From Eledone cirrhosa (lineage: Eukaryota): DNA of 35,022 nt. Numbering within the stretch: the stretch's first letter is position 1; every line of letters starts with the position of its first letter. The stretch spans positions 1 to 35,022 of the forward strand of contig CAXHJY010000885.1 of the NCBI GenBank assembly GCA_964016885.1. The letters are read 5' to 3'. Of this stretch, positions 1 to 11,450 are shown one piece after another. A program made the position numbers and the translations under genes. The notes under the pieces are model-generated. The model did no database searches and had not been told where the DNA came from. It saw nothing but the letters and a program-made list of their open reading frames with translations.

Positions 1-96
1 CGGCGGAATTTGAACTTAGAGCGTAAAGGGCCGTAATTCTATAGGGGGAAGAATGGTGTCTGATGCTGTACCGATTCTGCCAATCAACCGCCCTTC
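1..96 (-). mobile_element. 5' part of tRNA-derived SINE (cut by window edge)
   Basis: Reverse complement reads ...gattggcagaatcggtacag...aagttcaaattccgccg, matching the A-box/B-box head of the SINE copies at 3156 and 29508. Confidence 0.75.
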
Positions 97-505
97 ATAA
101 TAATAAAGTTAAGCTGATTCCTCTAACCGATCCAGTATCAACTAAGAGTTAATACTTTGTAAATACAAAATGAAAGTGTTTAACTTACTTCACTAAAACG
201 TTTACTATTGTGTTTAAAGAAGTATGATACGTAGCCAGCTCTTCAATTTATCATAATAAGTTACTGTATTTTGAGGTGATATGACTTACTTACCTACTTC
301 TTTCCAGTTTTTATATTTGAAAACGAAGTTCTTTATATATATATAGATATGTGTTTATATAGTAATTATAATAAATGTGAAAACTAAAATCCAAAGAGGG
401 CTCGATAATGATAAAGTTACATGCATTTTGAGCCGTTACATTATTTCAGCCTCACTTTCATTGATAATAGATTTTAATATCATATCTTACATCCAGATTA
501 AAGAT

Positions 506-576
506 TTCTATCTGGTGAACGGCTTCAGACGCCTCTGTTAGAATGGTCTGACTTCGTGAAACCTTGGGTAATGGAA
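506..576 (+). ncRNA. Degenerate type I hammerhead ribozyme motif
   Basis: Stem I ttctat(506-511)/atggaa(571-576); core CTGGTGA (512-518, A6 to G versus CUGANGA); stem II acg/cgt plus tcagac/gtctga; GAAA 558-561; stem III acc/ggt; GTA triplet 568-570. Confidence 0.6.
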
Positions 577-606
577 TAATTATATTGCGTTGTTCATTAC
601 TATCTC

Positions 607-768
<162 letters not shown>

Positions 769-903
769 AACGAAGGAAGTGTGGTGAGGAACCAGGTGGA
801 CCATAACGCACCAGAGTACTCGATACTTAGGGTAGTACTGGGTTAGTTCAGATCTAGCTTTCGAAACGGCCGGAACACAGTGTCGGGGTCCTGACTCTTT
901 TCC

Positions 904-904
<1 letters not shown>
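769..904. mobile_element. Family A hairpin/tail element (Penelope pLTR-like remnant), internally deleted
   Basis: Shares ggaaccaggtggaccataacgcaccagagtactc and tcgaaacggc...gtcggggtcc with copies at 24632, 29077, 30424 and 33645; flanked by (TA)n on both sides. Confidence 0.8.
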
Positions 905-930
<26 letters not shown>

Positions 931-934
<4 letters not shown>

Positions 935-1140
935 AAAACCAGAAAAAACCCTCCATCACAATTCTACTTTTCAAAACCAGAAGAACTGCGAAACCGGTAA
1001 AGGAACCAAATAAATATATATTTTTATAAAAAAAAAGACTCCAGTTGCATTTTCGATTTCATCTTTTTTCCTTATACTTTCATTCGTGTAGGACACGTCG
1101 GTTTTTTTTTTCATTTCGTAAAAAAACCTCACTTTCTAAT
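931..1140 (+). mobile_element. Probable Penelope pLTR fragment with HHR 3' half
   Basis: Follows (TA)n; gcGAAACCGGTA at 988-999 is the GAAA, palindromic stem III, GUA half of a minimal HHR; no CUGANGA seen. Confidence 0.35.
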
Positions 1141-1237
1141 TATAATAATATATATATTTACATACAAATAAAATATTGAGTTATTAATTCATATTTATAC
1201 CGTGCAATTAACAAGCTCAATATATAAATACTTAGCA

Positions 1238-1335
1238 TTGACTTTGCCTTTCATCCTTACGGGGTCGATAAAATAAAGTACCAGTAATGCACTGGGTAAT
1301 TGCTGGCCTTGTGCCTAAAGTAGAAACAATTATAA
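1238..1335 (+). mobile_element. SINE 3' half
   Basis: gactttgcctttcatccttacggggtcgataaaataaagtaccag...gtgcctaaagtagaaacaatta, near-identical to other copies. Confidence 0.9.
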
Positions 1336-1347
1336 TATTAATATGTG

Positions 1348-1468
1348 TAGAAGTAAACACAGTAAATTATGCGTCTAAAATTAAGAGGGTAATCTATAAT
1401 ATATAAAACATTGGTGGTAAAAGCTACCCTCGTAATTTTAGACGCAGAATTTACTGTGTTTACTTCTA
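1348..1468. repeat. 44-bp inverted repeat with 33-bp spacer
   Basis: tagaagtaaacacagtaaattatgcgtctaaaattaagagggta (1348-1391) versus 1425-1468, 2 mismatches; adjoins (TA)n. Confidence 0.9.
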
Positions 1469-1471
1469 TGT

Positions 1472-1520
<49 letters not shown>

Positions 1521-1610
1521 AGCTCTGGTTCGTCAGAATTATTGAGCACTTGCCACTCGTCTCGGAAGTTGTTTTTCGTTAATTCCAAAGCCGAAATACG
1601 ATTCTCGTTA

Positions 1611-1671
<61 letters not shown>

Positions 1672-1911
1672 TATGTATGTATACGTACATACATATATGT
1701 ATACAGACGTACAGTAGCATGCATATATATATATAGATATATATATACATATATATACATACAGGTACACATACATATCTGCACGCATCAGTTTAGCGGA
1801 CGCTTATTATAACGCCACTTTGTTCGTTTGTAAACAAACTGAACAGCCTGAATTTATGCCATACGGTGTTAAGGCAACCACGTCACCTTTTTGTTCAGCA
1901 CTGACACAGGA

Positions 1912-1954
1912 ACGATGTACTAGTTTCAAGCTTGTTAGCTATCATCAGCACCGT
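1912..1954 (-). ncRNA. Minimal type I hammerhead ribozyme (R1)
   Basis: Minus strand: acggtg CTGATGA t agc taacaa gct t GAAAC ta GTA catcgt; 6-bp stem I, intact core, palindromic ACTAGT stem III. Confidence 0.85.
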
Positions 1955-2189
1955 ATAACCATCTGCCAGATAGTTGAACGTTCGAAAGTATATACTTTCC
2001 TTATGAAAATTAACGGCTGAGCAGCCTAATTTGCATATTGAGTGAGTTAAATCGGTCAGGCATACCGAAAACGATAAGTTGAAAAAAATGAAAACGAAAT
2101 TTCATTTCTCACTCTTAGTATGGCACTTACTTAAATGTAAGTATGTATGTATACGTACATACATATATGTATACAGACGTACAGTAGCA

Positions 2190-2257
<68 letters not shown>

Positions 2258-2390
2258 TATACATACAGGTACACATACATATATGCACGCATCAGTTTAG
2301 CGGACGCTTATTATAACGCCGCTTTGTTCGTTTGTAAACAAACTGAACAGCCTGAATTTCGGTATGCCTGACAGATTTAACTCACTCAAT

Positions 2391-2438
2391 ATGCAAATTA
2401 GGCTGCTCAGCCGTTAATTTTCATAAGGAAAGTATATA
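2391..2438 (+). promoter_or_regulatory. Putative internal octamer + TATA promoter of R1 unit
   Basis: ATGCAAAT 2391-2398 and TATATA 2433-2438 upstream of the HHR at 2473; octamer also at 2029-2036, 4295-4302 and 4719-4726 (as ATTTGCAT). Function is inferred. Confidence 0.5.
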
Positions 2439-2472
2439 CTTTCGAAAGTTCAACTATCTGGCAGATGGGTAT

Positions 2473-2515
2473 ACGCTGCTGATGATAGCTAACAAGCTTG
2501 AAACTAGTACATCGT
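2473..2515 (+). ncRNA. Minimal type I hammerhead ribozyme (R1)
   Basis: acgctg CTGATGA(2479-2485) tagc taacaa gctt GAAAC ta GTA(2507-2509) catcgt; one mismatch in stem I. Confidence 0.85.
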
Positions 2516-2673
2516 TCCTGTGTCAGTGTTGAACAAAAAGGGGACGTGGTTGCCTTAACACCGTATGGCATAAATTCAAGCTGTTCTGTTTGTTTACAAA
2601 CGAACAAAGCGGCGTTATAATAAGCGTCCGCTAAACTGATGCGTGCATATATGTATGTGTACCTGTATGTATA

Positions 2674-2789
<116 letters not shown>

Positions 2790-3155
2790 TGCTACTGTAC
2801 GTCTGTATACACATATGTATGTACGTATACATACATACTTACATTTAAGTAAGTGCCATACTAAGAGTGAGAAATGAAATTTCGTTTTCATTTTTTTCAA
2901 CTTATATATACATATATAGAATCAAAGTTGCTGCCGCCATTAGAATTTTTCGAAATCAATCTTTTGAGGCTGGCCAAAGCACTCGATGAGTAGATATCCA
3001 TAAATCGATAAATTATAGTTTAGATTAATGACATTACGTTAAGAGTGCGACAGTGAAAATTCCGACCAGAGACAAGTTACAACAAAAGCCACCACAACAA
3101 CGAAAATAGAAACAGGTTAAAGACAAACCTGGACCTGATCGATAGATATTATTAT

Positions 3156-3340
3156 GGATTGGCAGTATTGGTAGAGAGTCGGACGCCATGCTTTGACGCA
3201 TAGAGTTACGGCCTTTGCCATTCTGAGTTCAAATCCCGCCGAGGTTAATTTTCCTTTCATCCTTACGGGGTCGATAAAATAAAGTACCAGTAATCCACAG
3301 GGTTATTACTGGCCTTGTGCCTAACGTAGAAACAATTATA
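3156..3340 (+). mobile_element. tRNA-derived SINE, full length
   Basis: A-box-like tggcagtattggt, B-box gagttcaaatcc, central ctttcatccttacggggtcgataaaataaagtaccag (resembles the MetaSINE-type core, from recall), AT-rich tail. Confidence 0.9.
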
Positions 3341-3349
3341 TAAATAATA

Positions 3350-3450
3350 ACGAGGTTAACTTTGCCTTTCATCCTTACGGGGTCGATAAAACAAAGAACC
3401 AGTAATACACTGAGTAATTGCTGGCCTTGTGCCAATAGTAGAAACAATTA
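3350..3450 (+). mobile_element. SINE 3' half, tandem to previous copy
   Basis: cgaggttaactttgcctttcatccttacggggtcgataaaa...agtagaaacaatta. Confidence 0.9.
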
Positions 3451-3825
3451 TATAAATATCTTTGATTGGTTTTCAGGTAACCGAAAACTACACTCCAAGT
3501 TGCGTAACATGAGAGCCAGTAATTTATCCTAAGATGGAATGAGGATATCCCATTCTCAACAGGCATTTGGTTCCGTTTTCCATCAGAGTGGCTTAGTAAC
3601 TCCACTACAACCAAGTACAGTTGCAGTAATATTGGCAGTGGGGTCACGTGTTCTTTCTCAAGAAAAGCGTAAGATTCACATCCATGCTTTGGCGGGAAAA
3701 TTACTCAGAGCTATAATGTATCAATTTATCGATATCTACTCATTGCGTGCTTTGAACCAGACTCAGAAGATTCATTTAAAAAAATGCTGATCGTAGCTGT
3801 AACTTCGATAATTTACTCACTAATA

Positions 3826-3912
<87 letters not shown>

Positions 3913-4178
3913 GGAAAAAATGAAACGAAATTTCATTTCTCAGTCTTAGTACGGCTGTTACTTAAATATAAGTACGTATACGTACATACATATATGTATA
4001 CAGACGTACAGTAGGTTTGTATGTATATATACATACATGCACACATATATATATATGTACGTATGGATTCACCAAATATTTATTATAATGTTCGGTGTGT
4101 TTGTAAACAAACATCCCGAATTAAGCCGTACAGTGTCTAGCAACCAACCTTGCTCATTTGTTCAACACTGACAAAGGA

Positions 4179-4220
4179 ACGCTGTACTAGTTTCAAGCTT
4201 GTAGCTATCGTCAGCAACGT
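4179..4220 (-). ncRNA. Minimal type I hammerhead ribozyme (R1)
   Basis: Minus strand: acgttg CTGACGA tagc tacaa gctt GAAAC ta GTA cagcgt. Confidence 0.87.
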
Positions 4221-4602
4221 ATACCTTCTTGCCAGACGATTGAACGTCTGAAAGTATATACTTTCCTCATGTATATTAACGGCTGAGCAGCCTAATTTGC
4301 ATATTGAGTGAGTTAATCGGCCGGGCGCACCGAAAACGATAAACGAAGCAAATGAAACGAAATTTCATTTCTCACTCTTAGTACGGCTGTTACTTAAATA
4401 TAAGTATGTATACGTACATACATATATGTATACAGACGTACAGTAGGTATGTATATATATACATACATGCATGCACACATGCACGTGTGCATTCACCGAA
4501 CATATATTATAATGCTCGATGTGTTTGGAAACAAACATCCTGAATTAAGCCGTACAGTGTCTAGAAACCATCGTTGCTCATTTGTTCAACACTGACAAAG
4601 GA

Positions 4603-4644
4603 ACGCTGTACTAGTTTCAAGCTTGTAGCTATCGTCAGCAACGT
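4603..4644 (-). ncRNA. Minimal type I hammerhead ribozyme (R1)
   Basis: Same motif as 4179-4220. Confidence 0.87.
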
Positions 4645-5032
4645 ATACCTTCTTGCCAGATGATTGAACGTCTGAAAGTATATACTTTCCTTATGTATAT
4701 TAACGGCTGAGCAGCCTAATTTGCATATCGAGTGAGTTAATCGGCCGGGCGCACCGAAAACGATAAACGGAAAAAATGAAACGAAATTTCATTTCTCACT
4801 CTTAGTACGGCTGTTACTTAAATATAAGTATGTATACGTACATACATATATGTATACAGAGGTACAGTTAGTATGTATATATATATAAATGCATGCACAC
4901 ATGTATATAGGTACGTATGCATTCACCGAACTTTTATTATAATGCTCGATGTGTTTGTAAACAAACATCCTGAATTAAGCCGTACAGTGTCTAGAAACCA
5001 TCGTTGCTCATTTGTTCAACACTGACAAAGGA

Positions 5033-5075
5033 ACGCTGTACTAGTTTCAAGCTTGTTAGCTATCGTCAGCAACGT
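5033..5075 (-). ncRNA. Minimal type I hammerhead ribozyme (R1)
   Basis: Minus strand: acgttg CTGACGA tagc taacaa gctt GAAAC ta GTA cagcgt. Confidence 0.87.
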
Positions 5076-5517
5076 ATACCTTCTTGCCAGATGATTGAAC
5101 GTTTGAAAGTATATACTTTCCTTGAAACTAGTACAGCGTTCCTTTGACAGTGTTGAACAAATGAGCAACGATGGTTGCTAGACACTGTACGGCTTAATTC
5201 GGGATGTTTGTTTACAAACACACCGAGCATTATAATAAATGTTCGGTGAATGCATACATACATATATATATATGTGTGCATGTATTTATATATATATATA
5301 CATACTACTGTACGTCTGTATACATATATGTGTGTACGTATACATACTTATATTTAAGTAACAGCCGTACTAAGAGTGAGAAATGAAATCTCGTTTCATT
5401 TTTTCCGTTTATCGTTATCGGTGCGCCCACTCGATATACAAAATAGGCTGCTCAGCCGTCAATATGCATAAGATAAGTTCATATTTTCAGTCGTTCAATC
5501 ATCTGGCAGGAAGGTAT

Positions 5518-5560
5518 AAGTTGCTGAAGATAGCTAATAAGCTTGAAACTAGTACAGCGT
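5518..5560 (+). ncRNA. Minimal type I hammerhead ribozyme (R1)
   Basis: aagttg CTGAAGA(5524-5530) tagc taataa gctt GAAAC ta GTA cagcgt. Confidence 0.8.
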
Positions 5561-5761
5561 TCCTTTGTCAGTGTTGAACAAATGAGCAACGATGTTTGCT
5601 AGACACTGTACGGCTTAATTCGTGATGTCTGTTTACGAACACACAGAGCATTATCATAAATGTTCGGTGAATCCATACGTACATATATATATGTGTGCAT
5701 GTATGTATATATATACATACTACTGTACGTCTGTATACATATATGGATGTACGTATACATA

Positions 5762-5802
<41 letters not shown>

Positions 5803-6001
5803 AACTTCGTATTAAAATCTAAAAACCGGTACTTGTTCGTCTTTAATCTGTTTGTATTTTCGTTGCTGTAGGCTTGTTTGTGGTTACTCGCCTCCGGTTG
5901 CAACTTTCACGGTGTCACACCCCTAACAACGTATTAGATATATACATATGTGTATATATATGTATATATATATATATATATACACACATCATCACACGTC
6001 G

Positions 6002-6032
<31 letters not shown>

Positions 6033-6139
6033 CTGGCAAATAACTATGTGTATACTCTGGTAATTTATCTTATATTGCCCATAGAGTGCGCTGAGATACA
6101 ACCAGTAGTAGCATTGATAAATATGGTGGGTTCGTCAAC

Positions 6140-6209
<70 letters not shown>

Positions 6210-6220
6210 AAATATATATT

Positions 6221-6273
<53 letters not shown>

Positions 6274-6670
6274 GGAGAGATACATTGTGGGGTTGTCTGT
6301 GTGAGTGTGTATAGACACAATTCCATGGATTATGAGACTACAATTTCTACTTATTGCTCTGACTTTAGACAATTAGGTGACTAGATAGCTGCTTATTTAA
6401 AGTGCCAGAAATAGTAGTGAAGATAGATTCTCTCCAATCACAATCTAATCTCTTAAAAATGTTAGAATACTTTTGATAATGTTGTGATGAATAATGTGTA
6501 TTGTGACAAATGATAGTATGGTCATATCATAAAGTCTGTTAAGAAGAATGCTTCATGGAGACTGACTTATCCTTAAAGAGCTGTTAGCACGCATATACAC
6601 ATACAGATAGACAGAGAGATAGATAAGTGTGTATGGATATTTGTGTACATTCACATTGGTAGCTGTAGAC

Positions 6671-7304
6671 CAGTGGTTCCGATACTTTTTTTATCGCGGA
6701 ACCCCTTGACATTATCGCGGAACTCTCCTGCACATGAATTAAACTAGTAGTTGCGGAATGTTGTGCTGCATGTTCAGCAATTTCTGTATCTTCATTAGAA
6801 GATGTTGTTTCCGTATTTCTTGTAATTTTAGTTCCTTTGCGAATTTCTTGTTTTTTTAACCATCAATCCATTGAAGGGTTTTGAAAATAAAAAAAATTAC
6901 TAAAACTCAAAAATAAACTCCTTGACAAGGAGCAAACGTTTATTGATACAGGATACATCACGTGCTCCTCGTGTGAGACTTGGTACCTATGTTACGTGTA
7001 AGACAGAACTTAAATATACAAAGAGATTCAAATACATAAGTTTATTGGAAAAAGTTATCAATCTGATTATAATTCTGAGTATTACACGGTTCTTAGAGTA
7101 CACCCTTAATAATGTAATAGTACAACCCAACTGAACGATTTGGCTGAGAGCTCCACAGTTTAACACTCGTTGCATGTTTATATGGGGAGTATATACCGAT
7201 CATATACGTTACAACTTGTTCGTCTTTATTTTTATAGTAAACTTCAAATTGCGCCTTACGGAACCCCTGGCCTTGCTTCACGGAACCCACTTTGGGAACC
7301 ACTG
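6671..7304 (-). mobile_element. Non-autonomous hAT (Charlie-type) DNA transposon, 634 bp
   Basis: TIRs CAGTGGTTCC/GGAACCACTG; perfect 8-bp TSD ctgtagac (6663-6670, 7305-7312); subterminal cggaaccc repeats; minus-strand remnant MD*WLKKQ.. from 6871 resembling a Charlie transposase N-terminus. Confidence 0.93.
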
Positions 7305-8020
7305 CTGTAGACTTTTCAATTGACTCGTGAACAGGAAATTAAACCGGGCATCTTCTGCATTTCACCCACAACGTGGTCATGGAAAAGTTCTGTTACTCAG
7401 TAAATTTGGGTGCACACACTGATACATGCACTTACAGCAACACATTGAATCAAACACGAGGTAATTTTTTATTAAATATATTAGAAATATACATAAAGAA
7501 TTAGAAGTATATATTACTTCTAACAATGCAGATATCCTGTATAACGGAACATATTTTACCATAGTTATTATATTGTGTGTATTTTTTTTTTTTTTTCGCT
7601 AAACATTCAAAGTCTATCTGTACGAGTGCGAACGATATGTTCTCTAAACAAACAAGGTAATGTAATAAAAGTAATAAAAAAAGAAAAAGAAACAAGGTAG
7701 TACATTTCTGGATAAACTATTTCTTAAGAAAAAAAATGTGATAGACGCAAATATAAAATTCTTTGATCATAAACCTGTTCAAACATGATGTCTGACTTGT
7801 GGCTAAATAAAACCAATACGAACAATATATGAAGAAACCTCATCAGAAACCTATATATTGAAATTTGAGGTGAGTTTATCGATTACAAATTTAAGTTTTT
7901 ATTTTAATTTCCTTTGATATCTAGAAATTTAATTCAAGCTTCTAATATTGATGCGTTTATGTAGTTGTTTTTGTTTAAGTTATTATTGTTATTATTATCT
8001 TTATTATTATTATTATTATT

Positions 8021-10292
8021 ACAGTTGCATTTATCTTGCTTTATGTTCATACGAGTTATCACCAAGTCACAACCAGTGACCTCAAGAGACAACAAGGTCC
8101 GCCATGTTCAAGAAAGAACATACATACACGCACATGCATCTTTAGGTGTTTAGACTTGTGATGTACTTATATTGACAGAATCTTCCTTAGTATATGGGCA
8201 GTTCCCGTTAGTACTATCTTTTGTATTTCTCCTATACGCAGGTTTCCTGGGATTTGCGATAAGGCTTTTCTTGCCATTTCTTTGCCAGTTTCTGTAGCAG
8301 TTCTTTCTTTGCAGTTACTTTTACCTGCTTTGCTTTTTCTGTGTTTTTCATTTCAGCAGAAAAGGGAACTTCTGAAATGTGTAGTCCATTACTGTATCTT
8401 TGTGCATCCTTTGTAATGGAGTATGATCTTTTGATGCTTTCGTGTTTCAAAACGAGTTTGATAATCCAATCATGTGATTCCCTTAGATATGTAGATAATC
8501 CAATTGTTGCAGTTTTCAACGCAATATCTAACTGGATTAACCCACGTTCTCCTTCTTTCCTAGGGAGATATATTCTATCTGTATCTGCCTTAGGGTGATG
8601 CATTCTGTGCACGGTTAAGAATTTTCTAATTTTTTTATCGAGCCTACGGATCTCTGTGCTTGACCAGTTGATGACATTGTAACTGTAGGTTACTACTGGT
8701 ATGGCAAGCGTGTTTATGGCATCCATTCAATTCCGTTCTTAAGATTGCTCTTATATTCCTTCCTTATCATTCCCTCATTCTCGAGTGCTTGATTCCGTCT
8801 CCTTCACAAACACCTAGATATTTGTAAGTTTCCTCTTGATCAAGTTCTCTTATTACATTCCCCCGATCAAGATTAATGTCTGAAATTTCCAGCAGCTTTG
8901 CTCTGGTGAACGTTGCTTTGGCGCATTTATCTAGTCCAAACTCCATTTTAATGTCATCACTGAACTGCTTCACAGGGGGTAGGGTAATAGCCCTTGCAAT
9001 TGTTCATCATTTTTTGCAAATAGTTTCAGGTCATCCATGTAGAACAAGTGATTAATGGTTTTGTCATAGACTTTATATCCATGTTTTGTTTCATGGTATA
9101 AGTGCAATGCAGAATAAAAGCGCTGATAAAGAGTCACCCTGAAAAATTCCACAATTAATATTAACTTCTCCAGCTTCCAGTGATTTTGTTTCACTATTCA
9201 AAAGATGTGTCGTTTTCCATGTCTTCATACTGAATGACAGGAACCTCCTGACAACTGGAGCTATTTTGAAAATCTCTAAACAATTTTCAATCCAACTGTG
9301 TGGCAAACTATCGAATACTTTTTTATAATCTATCCAAGCAATTGATAGATTTTTGTGTCTATTATGACATCTCCCAGTATCATTTTGTTAACCAAAAGCT
9401 GATCTTTACAGCCATATGATACTCGTTTACACCCTTTCTGCTCATTGGGAAATAGATCATTTGTTATCAGATCGTCATATGTATATTCAGTTAGGACTGA
9501 TGTTAAAATATTATACATTGTGGTCAAGCAAGTTATCGGTCTGTAATGTTTGGGATTGTTTTTATCATCATTCTTCGGAAGTAGGAATGTAATGCCGTTA
9601 ACTAGCCATGATGGTATCTTTTCTGGCTCCTTAACTATTTCATTGTAAAGCTGGGCTAAGAGCTCATGAGACTCTGTGAAGGCATTTATCCCAAAAGTTG
9701 GTATTTTGTCTTTTCCTGGGGATTTCCATTTTCTGGTTTTTCTAAGAGCCAAACATAACTGTTCAACTTTTATATTTTCCCATGTTTGTTCCTCAAGGTG
9801 AGCTGTATCTTTCATTTGTCTGTCTATCCATGGGCCATGTATATTATGAACTTTTTCTTCGGCCCAGATCTTTTCCCAGAATTCTTGCACTTTCTCCTTG
9901 GGTGGTATTGATTTAGCAGTTATTGTTGACTTGCCAATTTTTCTGTAGAAGTTTCTTTGGTTGATTTTGAACATATTATTGTCGTTATAGAATCTAGATC
10001 GTTTTTTCAAAGCGCCTTATACGAGCAGCTTTGGCCGAAACTTTTTGCTTGATTATTTCTATCAGCATGTCTATGTGACTTGTTGATTTTATACTGTATT
10101 TTCTTTTCAATTTTCTAAGTTTAGTTGGTTTAACATGCTCACCTACTCTGTAGCTTGTTAAAATGTCTATGTCAGATCGGAGAAGGTTTATTTGGCGATT
10201 GATGTTCTCTTGCAAAGTAGATTTCTTGTGGGAATTACTTTGGTTTTTCGTTTTCGCTCCAGGTAAGTAAGTGGTGACTTTAGCCGATGCAT
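8021..10292 (-). mobile_element. R4/Dong-clade non-LTR retrotransposon, 5'-truncated, frameshifted, endonuclease deleted
   Basis: RT motifs WKSPGKDKI, YRPITCL, EQKGC..GCKDQLL, GIFQGDSLS, HLFYMDDLKL, YKYLGV across ORFs 8232-10215; C-terminus IQKIVLTGTAHILRKILSI* (stop 8167-8169); (TAA)n at both ends. Confidence 0.92.
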
Positions 10293-10334
10293 AATATTAT
10301 TATTATTATTATTATTATTATTGTTATTGTTATT

Positions 10335-11200
10335 CCTTGAATCTCAGTCATTGATGTTGGTTAACTGGAAAGTCCGTTGGATTGAATATCAAGCCACTAC
10401 CTGCAGCCTCAGATATTCAGGACGTATCGGAGGGTTCTTGCCGTTCCAAGCAAGCATGCCTTTTGAAGCGTTCCAAAAAGCGTGAAGGGGCCGATTTTCT
10501 TTAACCATCCCTGGAAACCTTTGGAGATAGTCCCCAGTGCGCCTATGACAATCGGGATCACTTTGACTTCATGGCAGTTCCAAATCCTTTTCACCTCCCA
10601 CTTTAGGTCCTGGTATCGGTTAATTTTCTCCCTCTCCTTCTCTTGCACTCTCGTGTCGAACGGGCAGGCCACATCCACAATCACGCACGATCTTTTTTCT
10701 TTGTCCACAACCACCAGGTCAGGTCTATTGTGTTCCAGTTTTTTGTCCGTCTGTATCCTAAAATCCCACAGCACCTTCACCTGACTGTTCTCCATCACCG
10801 CCTCTGGCCTATGCTCATACCATTTCTCAGAATGTGGTAGATTGTTTACTTTGCACAGGTGCCAGTGGATCACCCTGCCCATCACATCGTGTCTCCAGCC
10901 CTTATAGTGGGTCTGGGCTAGGTGTTTACACTCGGACACAATGTGAGCCACAGTCTCCTCTCTCTCTCCACAGATCCTGCACAGTGGGCTAGCCTCCTCC
11001 TTGTAGATATGGTGCTTCAACCACTTCGTTTTGAGGGCCTGCTCCTGCGCAGCCATTAGCATTCCTTCTGTAGCCTTTTTGAGGTCTCCTCTTCTCAACC
11101 AGTTCCATGTCTGTGGATCTCTAAATTCAGTTTTCTCAAAGAAGGTACTATGGAGGGATTTTCCCTTAAGGCTGCTCTTCCTCCTTGATGTTATTTCCTC
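10335..11200 (-). mobile_element. R4/Dong-clade LINE 3' fragment (CCHC + restriction-like endonuclease)
   Basis: ORF 10409..11098: CRICGEREETVAHIVSEC, RHD, NRPDLVVVDK, IVDVACP, EKINRYQDL; flanked by (TAA)n. Confidence 0.93.
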
Positions 11201-11201
11201 C

Positions 11202-11233
<32 letters not shown>

Positions 11234-11450
11234 GGCGACCTACGTAGTAAATCGTATCATCGTGAGCTCCGCAAAGGTTTGTTATGTTCAGTTATTTAAA
11301 ATTGCCATTTATGGAATTCTTTTATTGTTAACTATATATAAGTGCACATACATTGATTTCTGAAAAGGACACTCAAAAATATTGGGGCCTTGAGTCCAAA
11401 ATTTAAACTTTTTATAATTATGAAACAAAAAAGTTTTTCTTTGAAAAATA

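Larger units (their letters stand above)
2917..3822. mobile_element. Old element with diverged ~100-bp inverted ends, interrupted by two SINEs
   Basis: caaagcactcgatgagtagatatccataaatcgataaattatag (about 2976-3019) is the imperfect inverse of ctataatgtatcaatttatcgatatctactcattgcgtgctttg (about 3711-3754); bounded by TA repeats. Confidence 0.55.
3909..5765. mobile_element. Retrozyme-like HHR repeat family R1, array 2 (about 2.9 units minus + about 1.5 units plus, head-to-head)
   Basis: HHRs recur at 4179, 4603 and 5033 (periods 424 and 430); inversion junction at about 5121-5123; plus-strand units to 5765; (TA)n on both flanks; homologous to array 1. Confidence 0.9.

Noticed and set aside
1516-1612. 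TA-flanked 97-bp segment with ctgacga on the minus strand
   Set aside because: No downstream GAAA or stems in the right order; origin unresolved.
3156-3240. tRNA gene
   Set aside because: Only A/B-box remnants of the SINE head; no cloverleaf.
3909-5122. CRISPR-like or plain satellite interpretation of the tandem units
   Set aside because: Whole 424-430 bp units repeat with no unique spacers; eukaryotic context; no cas genes.
7867-7875. Consensus splice donor gag|gtgagt
   Set aside because: No convincing upstream acceptor or open exon; expected by chance.
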